In this document: one piece after another, positions 40,512-50,219 of the stretch
Layout of the letters: each line of letters starts with the position of its first letter
How positions within the stretch are numbered: the first letter of the stretch is position 1
Assembly (NCBI GenBank): GCA_964474445.1
Contig: CAYYSJ010000001.1
Location: 270,530-334,529, forward strand
Source of the DNA: an uncultured Gammaproteobacteria bacterium
GTDB taxonomy: Bacteria > Patescibacteriota > Microgenomatia > Levybacterales > UBA12049
Direction: 5' to 3'
DNA: 64,000 bases
Notes under the pieces: generated by a model
What the model was told of the DNA's origin: nothing
The model's database searches: none
Seen by the model: only the letters and a program-made list of their open reading frames with translations
Position numbers and translations under genes: made by a program

Positions 40512-42197
40512 TTATTCATGCTCAGTTGGAGCAATACCGTAGTAGGACAATAAGTGTTTAGATATATCGAAAAAGAGTGGAGCTGCAGTTTCTGCACCAA
40601 ATTCAGAGGTTTTTGGTTTATTAATAATAACAAGCATCACGTATTTTGGATCATCTGCAGGTGCAAAACCAATAAAGGAAGCAATTGTTTGGTGGGGATC
40701 ATAATGACCAGCAACGGCGATTGATGCAGTTCCTGTTTTTCCTGCAATTCTATAGCCTTTGAGTCTTGCGAAGTTTGCTTCTCCCTTATTAACAGTATAG
40801 ACAAGCATTTCAGTCATGACCTTTGCAGTTTGAGAGGAAATAGGTTGGGATAGCTGTTTTGGAGGAATAGGAATCGTTTGTCCGTCATTTGTGATAATTT
40901 TATCAACAATATGAGGCTCCATTCGTACTCCTTCATTTGCAATTGTTGCAAAACCATCCAGGAGTTGCATCGGCGTTATAGAAATGCCTTGACCAAACGC
41001 ACTGGTTGCCACATCAATAGGATACCAGGTCTGTCTATCTCGAATTGAAGAACTTACCTCTCCTTGGAGATCAACACCTGTAGGGTCAGAAAGGCCAAAT
41101 TTTTCAAAATTAGTAAGCATCCGTTGCAATCCCATAAGTTGGGCTACATAGACCATTCCAGTGTTGTCAGAATGTCTCAAAATATCTGCCATGGTTGTAT
41201 TGGGAAAGTACTTATCATCCCAGGTATGGATCGTATAATCACCGACTGTCACTGGACCACTACACTGTGGGCAGGTAGATTCAGATGTTGTTAATCTGGC
41301 ATCAATAGCACCTGCCATGACCAGAGGTTTCACAGTTGATCCTGGTTCATACAAATCAGTAATAAAGGGATTTTTGTACAGTGATTGATCATAGTCCCAA
41401 AAAGATCGTTGATCAAAGGAAGGGTAACTTGCCATTGCCAACACGCCTCCTGTTTTCGGATCCATAATACCAACCATACCACTCTCAGCCCCATATTTTT
41501 CTACACCTTCTTTTAATTTATTGTCAACCAAAAACTGTATTGCCCTATCTATATGCAATATAAGACTTCTTCCATCCTGACTTTGTGCAGTTCCGGTAAG
41601 TTTTGAAAGAATTGGTCTTCCCAACGCGTCATGAATTTCTATTGCTTTGCCATCTCTTCCCCGCAACTGTCTATCATAATATCCTTCAAGCCCAAAATAA
41701 CCTTTATCATTTCCCTGCTCGTCTTTCCCAACAAATCCAAGCAAACGTGCAGCCATAGATGCTTCAGGATAGAGTCTTGTATAATCCTCCTGAAATCCAA
41801 TTCCTGGAATCTTAAAACTATCAATCGTATCTTTTTTCTCTGTATCTACTCCTGATTTTAATGATACCCAGTATCCTTGAAGGGAAAGTCTTGCGCTTAT
41901 CGATGCTTCTGGGAGATCAAGAAGTGTTGAAAGTTGAGAAAACGTGGTGTTGATATGGGTTACTTCCTTAGGATTTGCAAAAACAATATACGAAAGTTTG
42001 TTAGTTGCAAGAGGAAACCCATCAGAAGTTTGGATATCTCCCCTTTTTGGTTTGAGATCGACGACACTACCATATTGCGATTCGCCAAGCTGGGATAACT
42101 CTTGGGCCTTTACCACTTGCCAGTAGAATAACTTGCTAACAATAACAAGAAACGCAAAAATGAAGAGAGAAAGAACGCTTAAATAGCGCCATCTCAT
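40512..42197 (-). CDS. ftsI: Class B penicillin-binding protein FtsI
   Basis: RGDI, GLEGYYD, EPGSTVK (SxxK), SDN, KTGTA. Confidence 0.95.
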   Translation of the reverse strand: MRWRYLSVLSLFIFAFLVIVSKLFYWQVVKAQELSQLGESQYGSVVDLKPKRGDIQTSDGFPLATNKLSYIVFANPKEVTHINTTFSQLSTLLDLPEASISARLSLQGYWVSLKSGVDTEKKDTIDSFKIPGIGFQEDYTRLYPEASMAARLLGFVGKDEQGNDKGYFGLEGYYDRQLRGRDGKAIEIHDALGRPILSKLTGTAQSQDGRSLILHIDRAIQFLVDNKLKEGVEKYGAESGMVGIMDPKTGGVLAMASYPSFDQRSFWDYDQSLYKNPFITDLYEPGSTVKPLVMAGAIDARLTTSESTCPQCSGPVTVGDYTIHTWDDKYFPNTTMADILRHSDNTGMVYVAQLMGLQRMLTNFEKFGLSDPTGVDLQGEVSSSIRDRQTWYPIDVATSAFGQGISITPMQLLDGFATIANEGVRMEPHIVDKIITNDGQTIPIPPKQLSQPISSQTAKVMTEMLVYTVNKGEANFARLKGYRIAGKTGTASIAVAGHYDPHQTIASFIGFAPADDPKYVMLVIINKPKTSEFGAETAAPLFFDISKHLLSYYGIAPTEHE

Positions 42198-42478
42198 TGC
42201 CTGATTGCCAATGGTTGTACTCCTCCCAATACGATGGTAGATTTATTTTCAACAAAACCCAGTGTTGATGCTTCAGAGGAAATATTCGTGTAGGAAGAAA
42301 GGGTATAGATTTTTTCCTTAAGAAGCATATTCTCTTTTTCCAAACCAGCAATTTTTTCTTGCATAGCGCCAAGGGTAATCCCATCCGTTGAAAATGCATT
42401 AGAGATACTAATCTGCACAATAGACAAAATAATGATAACGCCAAAAAGGCTACTTATAATACCCACTGCTTGTTTCAT
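42194..42478 (-). CDS. FtsL-like protein
   Basis: TM plus coiled coil, A..LGF; between rsmH and ftsI. Confidence 0.7.
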   Translation of the reverse strand: MKQAVGIISSLFGVIIILSIVQISISNAFSTDGITLGAMQEKIAGLEKENMLLKEKIYTLSSYTNISSEASTLGFVENKSTIVLGGVQPLAIRQ

Positions 42479-42523
42479 ACACTTTTAAAAAAAATACACT
42501 GTGAACGCTTCGTCAAGAACAAT

Positions 42524-43396
42524 TTAGTTTTTTTCAAATATCCTCAATTTTGCACTTCGACTTCTTCTGTTTTCTTCTTGCTCTGCAATACCTGGTTCAA
42601 TTGGTTTATCTGTGATAATTGTTCCAAAACCTTTGTCTGCAAAATCTTTAAATACATTTTTTACTATCCTGTCCTCAAGTGAATGAAATGCAATGACAGC
42701 AATTCTTCCTTTGCTCTCCAAAAGCTCTAACGCTTGAGGAAGTGCATCAGAAAGACTATGCAATTCATCGTTTACTGCAATTCGTAGTGCTTGAAAAACC
42801 CGTGTTGCCGGGTGAATTTTCCCCTTGACTGGATATGAACGGTAAATAATGTCCGCAAGCTCTTTTGTTGTTACAATAGGTGCTTTCTCCCGTTGCTTTA
42901 CAATATTTTGTGCAATTCTATTGGCAAACTTTTCTTCTCCGTATTTTATAAAAAGCTCAACCAACTCTCCTTTTGTTAACCCATTTATTAAATCTGCTGC
43001 ACTCACCTGTAAAGACTTATCCATTCTCATATCCAAAGGACTATCTTGCATAAAAGAAAATCCTCTTTCTGCACTATCTAACTGATGGCTTGATACCCCC
43101 ACATCAAACAACACACCACTCACTTTTTCAAACCCATTCTCTCTCGCAAGTATGAAAAGATGAGCAAAATTTCCATATACTACTGTTACAGGCAGGCCAC
43201 TGAGATTTCTCTTCGCTTCTTCCAACGCATCCGTATCTTGATCAATACCCAAAACAATTCCCCCTCTCGTGACAATCTCTCTTGTGTGTCCACCTGCGCC
43301 AAGCGTACAGTCTATGTACTTTTTGCCCTTTTGAATTTCTAGACCATCAATTGTTTCTTGTAAAAGAACGCTTTTATGATACAAGTTCTCCCCCAT
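42524..43396 (-). CDS. rsmH: 16S rRNA m4C1402 methyltransferase
   Basis: HKSVLL, DCTLGAGGH, GVSSHQLD, LDMRMD, FQALRIAVN, FHSLEDR, RSAKLR. Confidence 0.98.
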   Translation of the reverse strand: MGENLYHKSVLLQETIDGLEIQKGKKYIDCTLGAGGHTREIVTRGGIVLGIDQDTDALEEAKRNLSGLPVTVVYGNFAHLFILARENGFEKVSGVLFDVGVSSHQLDSAERGFSFMQDSPLDMRMDKSLQVSAADLINGLTKGELVELFIKYGEEKFANRIAQNIVKQREKAPIVTTKELADIIYRSYPVKGKIHPATRVFQALRIAVNDELHSLSDALPQALELLESKGRIAVIAFHSLEDRIVKNVFKDFADKGFGTIITDKPIEPGIAEQEENRRSRSAKLRIFEKN

Positions 43397-43845
43397 TATG
43401 ACTTCCTTTCCTGGGCAGGAACTCTTTCATTCAATCTCTTTGTTATCGTGTTGATATTCTCACCCAAATGCTTGTTATACTCTTCCCAACGCTTTTTATC
43501 CCAAATTTCAACATATCGATGCATGCCAATAAACACTATTTCTTCCTGAATATCTGCATACTTTCGCAAATAATCAGGCATAACAAATCTTCCTTTTTCA
43601 TCTAACTCAACAAATGCTGCTCCTCCAAGCAAAAACCGCTGCGTTTCTCGTGCTGCCTCATCGGTAAATGGTAATCCTTCTGTTCCTTCCAGAAGTGCCT
43701 TCCATCCTTCTTCTGATACAGCAATCAGGGACTTCTCAAATCCTTGTGTTAGAATGACATTCTGTCCCAAAACATCCCTGAATTTCTTAGGGAAAGCGGT
43801 ACGAGCTTTGTCTCCGATTGTTGATACAAACTGCCCAAGCAACAT
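43396..43845 (-). CDS. mraZ: Transcriptional regulator MraZ
   Basis: DK.R..FP..FR and LDEKGRFVMP repeats, EIW; first gene of dcw. Confidence 0.95.
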   Translation of the reverse strand: MLLGQFVSTIGDKARTAFPKKFRDVLGQNVILTQGFEKSLIAVSEEGWKALLEGTEGLPFTDEAARETQRFLLGGAAFVELDEKGRFVMPDYLRKYADIQEEIVFIGMHRYVEIWDKKRWEEYNKHLGENINTITKRLNERVPAQERKS

Positions 43846-43860
43846 AGCGATCGATTTTGT

Positions 43861-43933
43861 CCCACTTGGTACCACTTTTTCCCATTTTGGACCAATTACT
43901 ACCATTGTGCGTCAAAAATTGCCCTCTTGTCAA
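43861..43933 (-). promoter_or_regulatory. dcw promoter with five 10-bp-phased MraZ boxes
   Basis: Minus strand TTGACA(43928-33)-18 nt-CACAAT, then ATGGT/TTGGT/ATGGG/GTGGT/GTGGG at exact 10-nt period. Confidence 0.85.
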
Positions 43934-44040
43934 GAAGTGTTTTCACAAGATAAACGACGAAGCGACCAAAATACACTGAGTGTGGATAGTTACAGATGCC
44001 TAAAACTAAGATTTTTTAGCATATATAGGACCTAAAAATA

Positions 44041-44058
44041 GTAGACGCCGACGTCTAC
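44041..44058. repeat. Perfect inverted repeat GTAGACG-CCGA-CGTCTAC
   Basis: Seen directly; function unknown. Confidence 0.5.
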
Positions 44059-44229
44059 CAAATACCAGCAAAATTGAGGCTAAATTGATAAAAATTTTCT
44101 CTCCTATTATATAGGATATATAAAGAACAGAAAAATAAGACTAATATGGGTTATTTAAAAAACCGGATTATAAGAATCTTTAGAATTTCCAAAACAAAAC
44201 TCCAGATTTTATCCTAAAAACCTCTTTGC

Positions 44230-44257
44230 TTGACTTTGTAACGCATTGTGTTACACT
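44230..44257 (+). promoter_or_regulatory. Toxin-antitoxin promoter with overlapping palindromic operator
   Basis: TTGACT-16 nt-TACACT (extended TG); TGTAAC-N7-GTTACA at 44237-44255. Confidence 0.7.
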
Positions 44258-44263
44258 AATATT

Positions 44264-44571
44264 GTGATATTTGTTAGAAAGCTTATCTGGGATCCATGGA
44301 ATATACAGCATGTAGCACATCACCATGTAACCCCAGATGAAATTGAAGCAGTATGTCACAATGATCCATTAGTCCTAAGAGGTCAACAAAAAAATAGATT
44401 GGTACTAATTTTGGTTTAACTGAAGAAGAAAGAATACTTGCTGTAATTTTAGAATCTCAAGGACATGGAATGTATTATCCAATTACATCTTATCCAGCAG
44501 ATTCAAAAGACATAGCTTTATATAAACGCTTAAAACATAAAGGGGGTGAAAAGAACAATGACAAAAAGTAA
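44264..44571 (+). pseudogene. BrnT-like type II toxin, frameshifted
   Basis: GTG start MIFVRKLIWDPWNIQHVAHHHVTPDEIE..NRLVLI, stop 44417-19; shifting frame at ATTTTGGT (44408-15) restores GLTEEERILAVIL...YYPITSYPA, overlapping the antitoxin start. Confidence 0.8.
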
Positions 44572-44827
44572 AAAAACAGGTAAAATTCCAACATTTGCTA
44601 ACCGTGAGGAAGAAGCAAAATTTTGGGAGACACACAGTATTGCAGATTTTACGAATGAATTAACACTTGTAAATGCACGTTTTACAAAAAACTTATCTGA
44701 AGGAATTACAATTCGCTTTGATAAGTCCACACTCAATGAACTGAGAGAGATTGCTCATAAAAAAGGACTTGGACCAACCACGCTAGCAAGGATGTGGATA
44801 TTGGAACATATTAGACAGCAAGCATAA
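44558..44827 (+). CDS. CopG/BrnA-family antitoxin
   Basis: KIPTFANREEEAKFWETHS, ITIRF...LREIAHKKGLGPTTLARMWILE (RHH). Confidence 0.88.
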   Translation: MTKSKKTGKIPTFANREEEAKFWETHSIADFTNELTLVNARFTKNLSEGITIRFDKSTLNELREIAHKKGLGPTTLARMWILEHIRQQA

Positions 44828-45085
44828 GTATAATTTTTTAATTCTTTTTTTGGGGACATTTCGAATGTCTTCAAGCAAAAGGTGTTTTAGAGTTTATTCA
44901 TGAATTCACTATGTAACTACTCCACCACCAATGATTGCAACTACTGAATCTTTATAACTCCTGCTGAATAAGTTATATGCCTCTTATTTTCCTTGTTGTT
45001 AAGTAAGCCAGTGATTGTACCACTGTCACCGTAACTTTTCTTGTAGAACATATTCAGGATTATAGGAAGAGAAAGTTATAACATG

Positions 45086-46378
45086 CTATAACATAAAGTA
45101 TTTTCTCAGGAATACTCTTACACGATACAATAAACTTGGATGGAGTGGTTCAAGAACGATTTCCTCACTATTGTCTTTGTTTGGAGAGAGAGCAATGGTT
45201 ACTGTCTGATACCCGAGATGTTGTATGGTAAGAGAAGAGGATGAATTGCTAACCAATGGTATTTGATATGTTCCACTGAAATCTGTTGTACTGGTAAAAC
45301 CATCATTAGTCATTACACTTGTATTTGTAAGCAGATCTCCGAGAGTATCTTTTATCACCCCACGGACAAATGTAGGTTGATAGTATCCATGTAAAACCTG
45401 TGCAACAAGTCGTGGTGAATCATCATCATTGAATAACGCTGTAGATCCATCCAGAATAGTCCAATAGTTTATACCAGTAATATTTTCGCTGTGCGTATAG
45501 AACACGTGGAGAAGTTTTTCTACAAAATCTGCTTGTTCTTTTTCTGTCATAGCTCCATTGAGATCAGGAATGGGTGCACCAAATTCTCCCACTACAATCT
45601 GTGCATGAAAATGTTGTATAAGATAATCAATAGTATTTTCCATATCTCTTGGATTTGCCACGTAGTGATCTACAACAACAATATGTCCGACTTTATCAAC
45701 TGTTTCTGATGTCAATACCTGTTTGGCTACATCGGCATTCATTGAAAAATAACCACACTGAACATGCTTATGTATTTGCTGCATGCTATTTATACAGTTG
45801 TTGTATGAGTTAACTAAAAAACGATTGAACCTTACAGACTTTTCATTTGATCCTCTTGGATCCCCTTCTCCACCGTTTTCTGGCTGTGGAGTTGGAGTAA
45901 AAATATCCCCATCTTCAAATAGATCCGGATGTCTTAAAATGAATGCTTTTGTCAGTTTGTGATGTTGAGATATATCAGTAAACTTTGGGTAATCAAACCA
46001 TCCTTCCCATCCTGAAAAATTGCCTCGAAACCAAACTTTGAGATGATATCTCCTTGATTCATCCACCCATTCTTTTATCGTTGGGTAAAACTCTTCATCG
46101 TAAGGAGTTGCTATGGCAATATGAGTTGGATGGAGACTTGCGACATGCTGAACAACCAGGGAGATTTCACTTCGTGTAATACTCTTTGCTTTATCGCGAG
46201 AATATTTCATAGTGTCAATAGATGTTACTTCCCAAACAGTAGACTGCTGTTGGGACTGAGTTTTTTGAGGAATTGAAAGCATTTGCTGAGTGAAGGTAAA
46301 AATGAATAGTCCTAACCCAATAAAGACACCTCCAGCAAGAGAAATAAATTCTTTTTTGCTGTCATTTCTTTTTGCCAT
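45086..46378 (-). CDS. Membrane-anchored clan GH-A-like glycoside hydrolase with C-terminal carboxypeptidase-regulatory-like domain
   Basis: SIDTMKYSRD, WFRG, PENG, VGEFG, NYW; C-terminal G.IKD...TTD.SG.Y...GY. Confidence 0.65.
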   Translation of the reverse strand: MAKRNDSKKEFISLAGGVFIGLGLFIFTFTQQMLSIPQKTQSQQQSTVWEVTSIDTMKYSRDKAKSITRSEISLVVQHVASLHPTHIAIATPYDEEFYPTIKEWVDESRRYHLKVWFRGNFSGWEGWFDYPKFTDISQHHKLTKAFILRHPDLFEDGDIFTPTPQPENGGEGDPRGSNEKSVRFNRFLVNSYNNCINSMQQIHKHVQCGYFSMNADVAKQVLTSETVDKVGHIVVVDHYVANPRDMENTIDYLIQHFHAQIVVGEFGAPIPDLNGAMTEKEQADFVEKLLHVFYTHSENITGINYWTILDGSTALFNDDDSPRLVAQVLHGYYQPTFVRGVIKDTLGDLLTNTSVMTNDGFTSTTDFSGTYQIPLVSNSSSSLTIQHLGYQTVTIALSPNKDNSEEIVLEPLHPSLLYRVRVFLRKYFML

Positions 46379-47996
46379 AATAAGATATTACATGTAATTG
46401 ATCTAGATATCGTGGATTTAGTTCGTAGATATCTGCAAACGGAAAATGTTCTATTAACGTATACTTCTTAAAGCCCGGTGATGTACGAACTACTTTAAAT
46501 GTTTGATCATTTATATCATTTGTTCGCATAACAATCCACTGTGCCCATCTATCTGGATTTTTTGTGGCACTATCCCAATACGTTCCCGTCCCCTCATGAA
46601 TGAATTTACTCATGGGAAGACCTGAAGAGAAGATAATTGCATCATGAGAAGCTGCTGAAATCAAGATGAGTCCTGGCTCATCTTTAGCGTGCTTTGCCAA
46701 CCAGGTACTTACCTCTGTAACATTTTTCTGACTTGCTCCTACTCTTGCATCATCGATAGTAACGGCATCTTTACTGGCAAAAGAAAAGAACGTGACAAAC
46801 AGCAGTAGTCCAATTAGTACGGTACGTAAAGTTTTTACTTTACCGACTAAGTATCCGACAAAAATAGCAATTGAAGGAGACATCATGATCCCATACCGAA
46901 CGTTAAACAAAGTATTTCCGGAAATACCTTGTACAAAGAGTACTGAAAAACCCAAGTAAAGAGAGAGTATATTAAAAACAAGTGGTGTCAATAATGCGAG
47001 ACTGATAATTTTGGTATTACTGCAAATCTTCTTATTCAAATAAAATATCACTGCTCCAACAGCGCCGAGAAACAAGATAAATAATCCAACATTGTAAGCT
47101 AAGGCATAGTAATATACTTTAAAGGACAACGCGAGGTTACTTTTTGTTATCAGATCTCCTGCCTGGGAAAGTTGTTCTTGCTGTGCATGTGCAGAATATG
47201 GTCCGAGAGCAAAATATAACGCATCATGAAAAATAAATTGATTCCACAAGAACCATAGTGCAATGCCAAAGCCAGCAAGAGTGATAAATAAAAGAACAAG
47301 TCCTTCTGTGGCCTTGTATCCTTTTTGTTTAAAGAACACAATCGCTATCAGTATTGTAGTAACAAAAAATAAAAACCATCCATCATATCGAATGAGTGTT
47401 GTAAGCATTATCCAAAAGCTTGCTTTTACAAAATCGATTATTTTTTGTTCCTGCTGCCAAACTAAGAGATAGTATATCCCAGCAATCATTGCTGCAAGCA
47501 ATGGAAGTTCTGTCATTGCGGTGGATTGTAAATAAAGAACATTAATATTTGCGACAAAAATGAATACGCCTACAATTCTTCCTACTATTCCCGTTTCTAT
47601 TCTCTTTAAAAAGAGAAAAATAAGAAAGCCAATTGCAACAAATGAAATCATAGACTCTAGCGCTCCTGATAAACCTGAATGCCACATACCATTGTTCCAA
47701 ATAGTTGGTATCATGAGTAAATGAGGCAATGGAAGCCAGACACTTCCTATTTGTCCAAGGCCTGGTTTGAGGCCTTCAACAACACGTCTCCCAATATCTA
47801 AATGTGACCGCGCATCATTATATGCAACTCCTAAGCCATTCGTATAATAGAAAATAAAACTGACAATTGAAATGATAATTAAAATAAAAAGTACTATTTT
47901 GGGTAGTATTTTTTCAAGATCCTGTCCCTTTATTGTGAGGATGCCCTTTGCTATCTGAATATGATATTCCAATTCAAATTGTGTTAATTTTTTCAT
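46362..47996 (-). CDS. GT-C fold (GT39/ArnT-like) integral membrane glycosyltransferase
   Basis: YNDARSHL, WLPLPH, MTE, RYDGW, NVRYG; many TM helices. Confidence 0.75.
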   Translation of the reverse strand: MKKLTQFELEYHIQIAKGILTIKGQDLEKILPKIVLFILIIISIVSFIFYYTNGLGVAYNDARSHLDIGRRVVEGLKPGLGQIGSVWLPLPHLLMIPTIWNNGMWHSGLSGALESMISFVAIGFLIFLFLKRIETGIVGRIVGVFIFVANINVLYLQSTAMTELPLLAAMIAGIYYLLVWQQEQKIIDFVKASFWIMLTTLIRYDGWFLFFVTTILIAIVFFKQKGYKATEGLVLLFITLAGFGIALWFLWNQFIFHDALYFALGPYSAHAQQEQLSQAGDLITKSNLALSFKVYYYALAYNVGLFILFLGAVGAVIFYLNKKICSNTKIISLALLTPLVFNILSLYLGFSVLFVQGISGNTLFNVRYGIMMSPSIAIFVGYLVGKVKTLRTVLIGLLLFVTFFSFASKDAVTIDDARVGASQKNVTEVSTWLAKHAKDEPGLILISAASHDAIIFSSGLPMSKFIHEGTGTYWDSATKNPDRWAQWIVMRTNDINDQTFKVVRTSPGFKKYTLIEHFPFADIYELNPRYLDQLHVISYYGKKK

Positions 47997-50212
47997 GTAT
48001 GCTCCTTTCTGATATACACTCCTGCCATAAGAATAAGGCAAGACAGAAGAAGAATTGTGTAAATAGCTACGTAGTAATTCATTGCAGAAATTTTATCCTT
48101 TAGATAAAATTGCCAAACAAAAGATTTTGAATGATCTTCCTTTAACAAATCAAGATCCCGTTCGTAGGTATATTTCTCTACTTTTCCACTTATCTTTTCG
48201 AATACAGGGACTTGGATTTGTGGTGGATTGCTATTTGAGGTTAATGCTCCTATGGTATTTACAGATAAAGACCATGCGAACGGAAGGAAAAACACCAAAA
48301 GAAAGATGAGATGTTTTTTCCATGTTTCTACTGTGAAAGCGAGAAATAAGGCACAAAGTGCGTAGGAAGGGATAAGGTATCTAGCACCAAAAGCCCATCC
48401 TCCCCATGGATCTCCCCACATCATATAGAGAAGTATGTTTATGCCAATAATGGCGATCAGTAAAGAAGCAATGGAGCTATTCTTCTTATATAAATAAATA
48501 GCCCCCCAAATACTTAAAAACATTATTGGGGTAAACCATAGTACCCCTCTATCAGGTGATAACAAAAGAATATATGCGCCATTTATCATATTTCTTGTTA
48601 AGAAAAATCCCACAGCAGATTTTTTCTTCTCAAAGGCAAGACCTTTATCGACATTACTCAGTTGAAGAAGGGTTGGTTTGCCTTTTGCGTTAATGGCAGA
48701 AACGTCCAGAACCGTTCCTGCTAATTGAAACGGACTACCATAGGAATGTGTGTTAAACCAAAAGAAAAAAACAAAAGGAATAATCATTACGGCAAAAGAT
48801 AGTATTCTCACTATTTTTATCTTTATTGTCATACTGTTTTCCATAACTCTCACATATATAATTTTTCCTAATGCAAAAATTCCTATGGGAAGCATAAAGA
48901 AAACATTCGGATTATCAACAACGGGAGAAAGTGCACATAAAAACCAGATCAACGCAAGAGACCAGATTGAATCCCATGCAATTACAGCATAAAGACTCAT
49001 GAGAATAAGAAACGTAGAGATGTGATGTTGATAGAGGGAAACAGCATAGGAAAAAGCGGGTGATCCAAACAAAAAGGCAAATGCAGCAATTGTCGCGGCT
49101 CCTCGACCTGCTCCAAGTTTTATAGCGATTTTTCTGATAAGTATGGCATTTAAAAGACCAAAAAATGCAATCACGGCAAATGACCCTACTTGTGACATGC
49201 CCAATAACTTTCCGACGGAATACCCTGGAAGGATCATAAATGATATAGCGGGAGCAAAAAGAGATACATAGTGACCATTTTTAAAACCCACGTCCGGTGT
49301 AGAAAATCGTGCAAGGGGCAGGCTTAAATATAATGAGTGATTTTCTATAAATGAGTATGTTAATGCAAATCTCCCTCTTTCTGGAGACAATTCAAATGGT
49401 CCTGAATCTCTCCAGAAAGTAGAATTAAGTGTTATTTCTGTGGGATTTCCTAAAATCCCACGTAATGACAGTGCGAGTATAATACTGCAAAAAACAATAA
49501 AGAAAAATAGGGAAGCTACTTTGTTAAACTTTGTAAATCTATGAAGAAAACGTAGAAGTATATTTCTTAGGAGGATGCTTCTCTTGTTGTTAACAAGAGT
49601 TGTCTGTATATGAGACGTGTCAGTTGCTTTTATTGTATTATTTTTTAAAACCCTGTTAAAAAATTCGAGTCGTCCCCTTACATATTCTCTTAGTGAGGAA
49701 CCATTTAAGTCTTTCTTTAATTTTTCGTATTCATATAAAATTCTTTTATCATGTTTAAATATCTGAAAAATTCTTAGTCTTTCTTTACACATACTTGTAT
49801 CTGGATCCATCAAGGAAAGTTCAACAGGGAATCCTTTCCAAGAAAAATGCCATTCTATAAAATTCTTTCTGATTTTATATGGCTTTCCAAATAGACGAGT
49901 GAATGTTAGTATGTATTTATGAAAACTTTCTTTAGGGCTTACTGTATATAAATCTATATCATTCAATCCTGCAATCTTCAGACTACTAGACCCTGCGGCA
50001 ATTATTTTCAATGTGGGAAATTGTGATTTTATTATAATAATAATGTTTTGTATTGCTTTTTGGACCAGAGGATTATATGGCCCAATTCTTACTTTTTGTT
50101 TTGAAGATAGTACAAAAGAAAATAGATACTCTCTTGGACTTTGTACAAGGAGTAGAATATCTCGTCTCATTCGTTTCATCCGTTTTTTTATTTCTGACAT
50201 GTATTTTTCCAT
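47993..50212 (-). CDS. GrpB-like nucleotidyltransferase domain fused to a GT-C-like membrane domain
   Basis: N-terminal YNP...GSSSL.I.G..DID...YEKLK; C-terminal polytopic domain with SPERGRF, SPDRG, PWGGWAFGARYL.P. Confidence 0.65.
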   Translation of the reverse strand: MEKYMSEIKKRMKRMRRDILLLVQSPREYLFSFVLSSKQKVRIGPYNPLVQKAIQNIIIIIKSQFPTLKIIAAGSSSLKIAGLNDIDLYTVSPKESFHKYILTFTRLFGKPYKIRKNFIEWHFSWKGFPVELSLMDPDTSMCKERLRIFQIFKHDKRILYEYEKLKKDLNGSSLREYVRGRLEFFNRVLKNNTIKATDTSHIQTTLVNNKRSILLRNILLRFLHRFTKFNKVASLFFFIVFCSIILALSLRGILGNPTEITLNSTFWRDSGPFELSPERGRFALTYSFIENHSLYLSLPLARFSTPDVGFKNGHYVSLFAPAISFMILPGYSVGKLLGMSQVGSFAVIAFFGLLNAILIRKIAIKLGAGRGAATIAAFAFLFGSPAFSYAVSLYQHHISTFLILMSLYAVIAWDSIWSLALIWFLCALSPVVDNPNVFFMLPIGIFALGKIIYVRVMENSMTIKIKIVRILSFAVMIIPFVFFFWFNTHSYGSPFQLAGTVLDVSAINAKGKPTLLQLSNVDKGLAFEKKKSAVGFFLTRNMINGAYILLLSPDRGVLWFTPIMFLSIWGAIYLYKKNSSIASLLIAIIGINILLYMMWGDPWGGWAFGARYLIPSYALCALFLAFTVETWKKHLIFLLVFFLPFAWSLSVNTIGALTSNSNPPQIQVPVFEKISGKVEKYTYERDLDLLKEDHSKSFVWQFYLKDKISAMNYYVAIYTILLLSCLILMAGVYIRKEHT

Positions 50213-50219
50213 ATAATTT

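Noticed and set aside
44899-44956. Minus-strand fragment YKDSVVAIIGGGVVT resembling a dinucleotide-binding motif
   Set aside because: Too short with stops on both sides; cannot be told from chance
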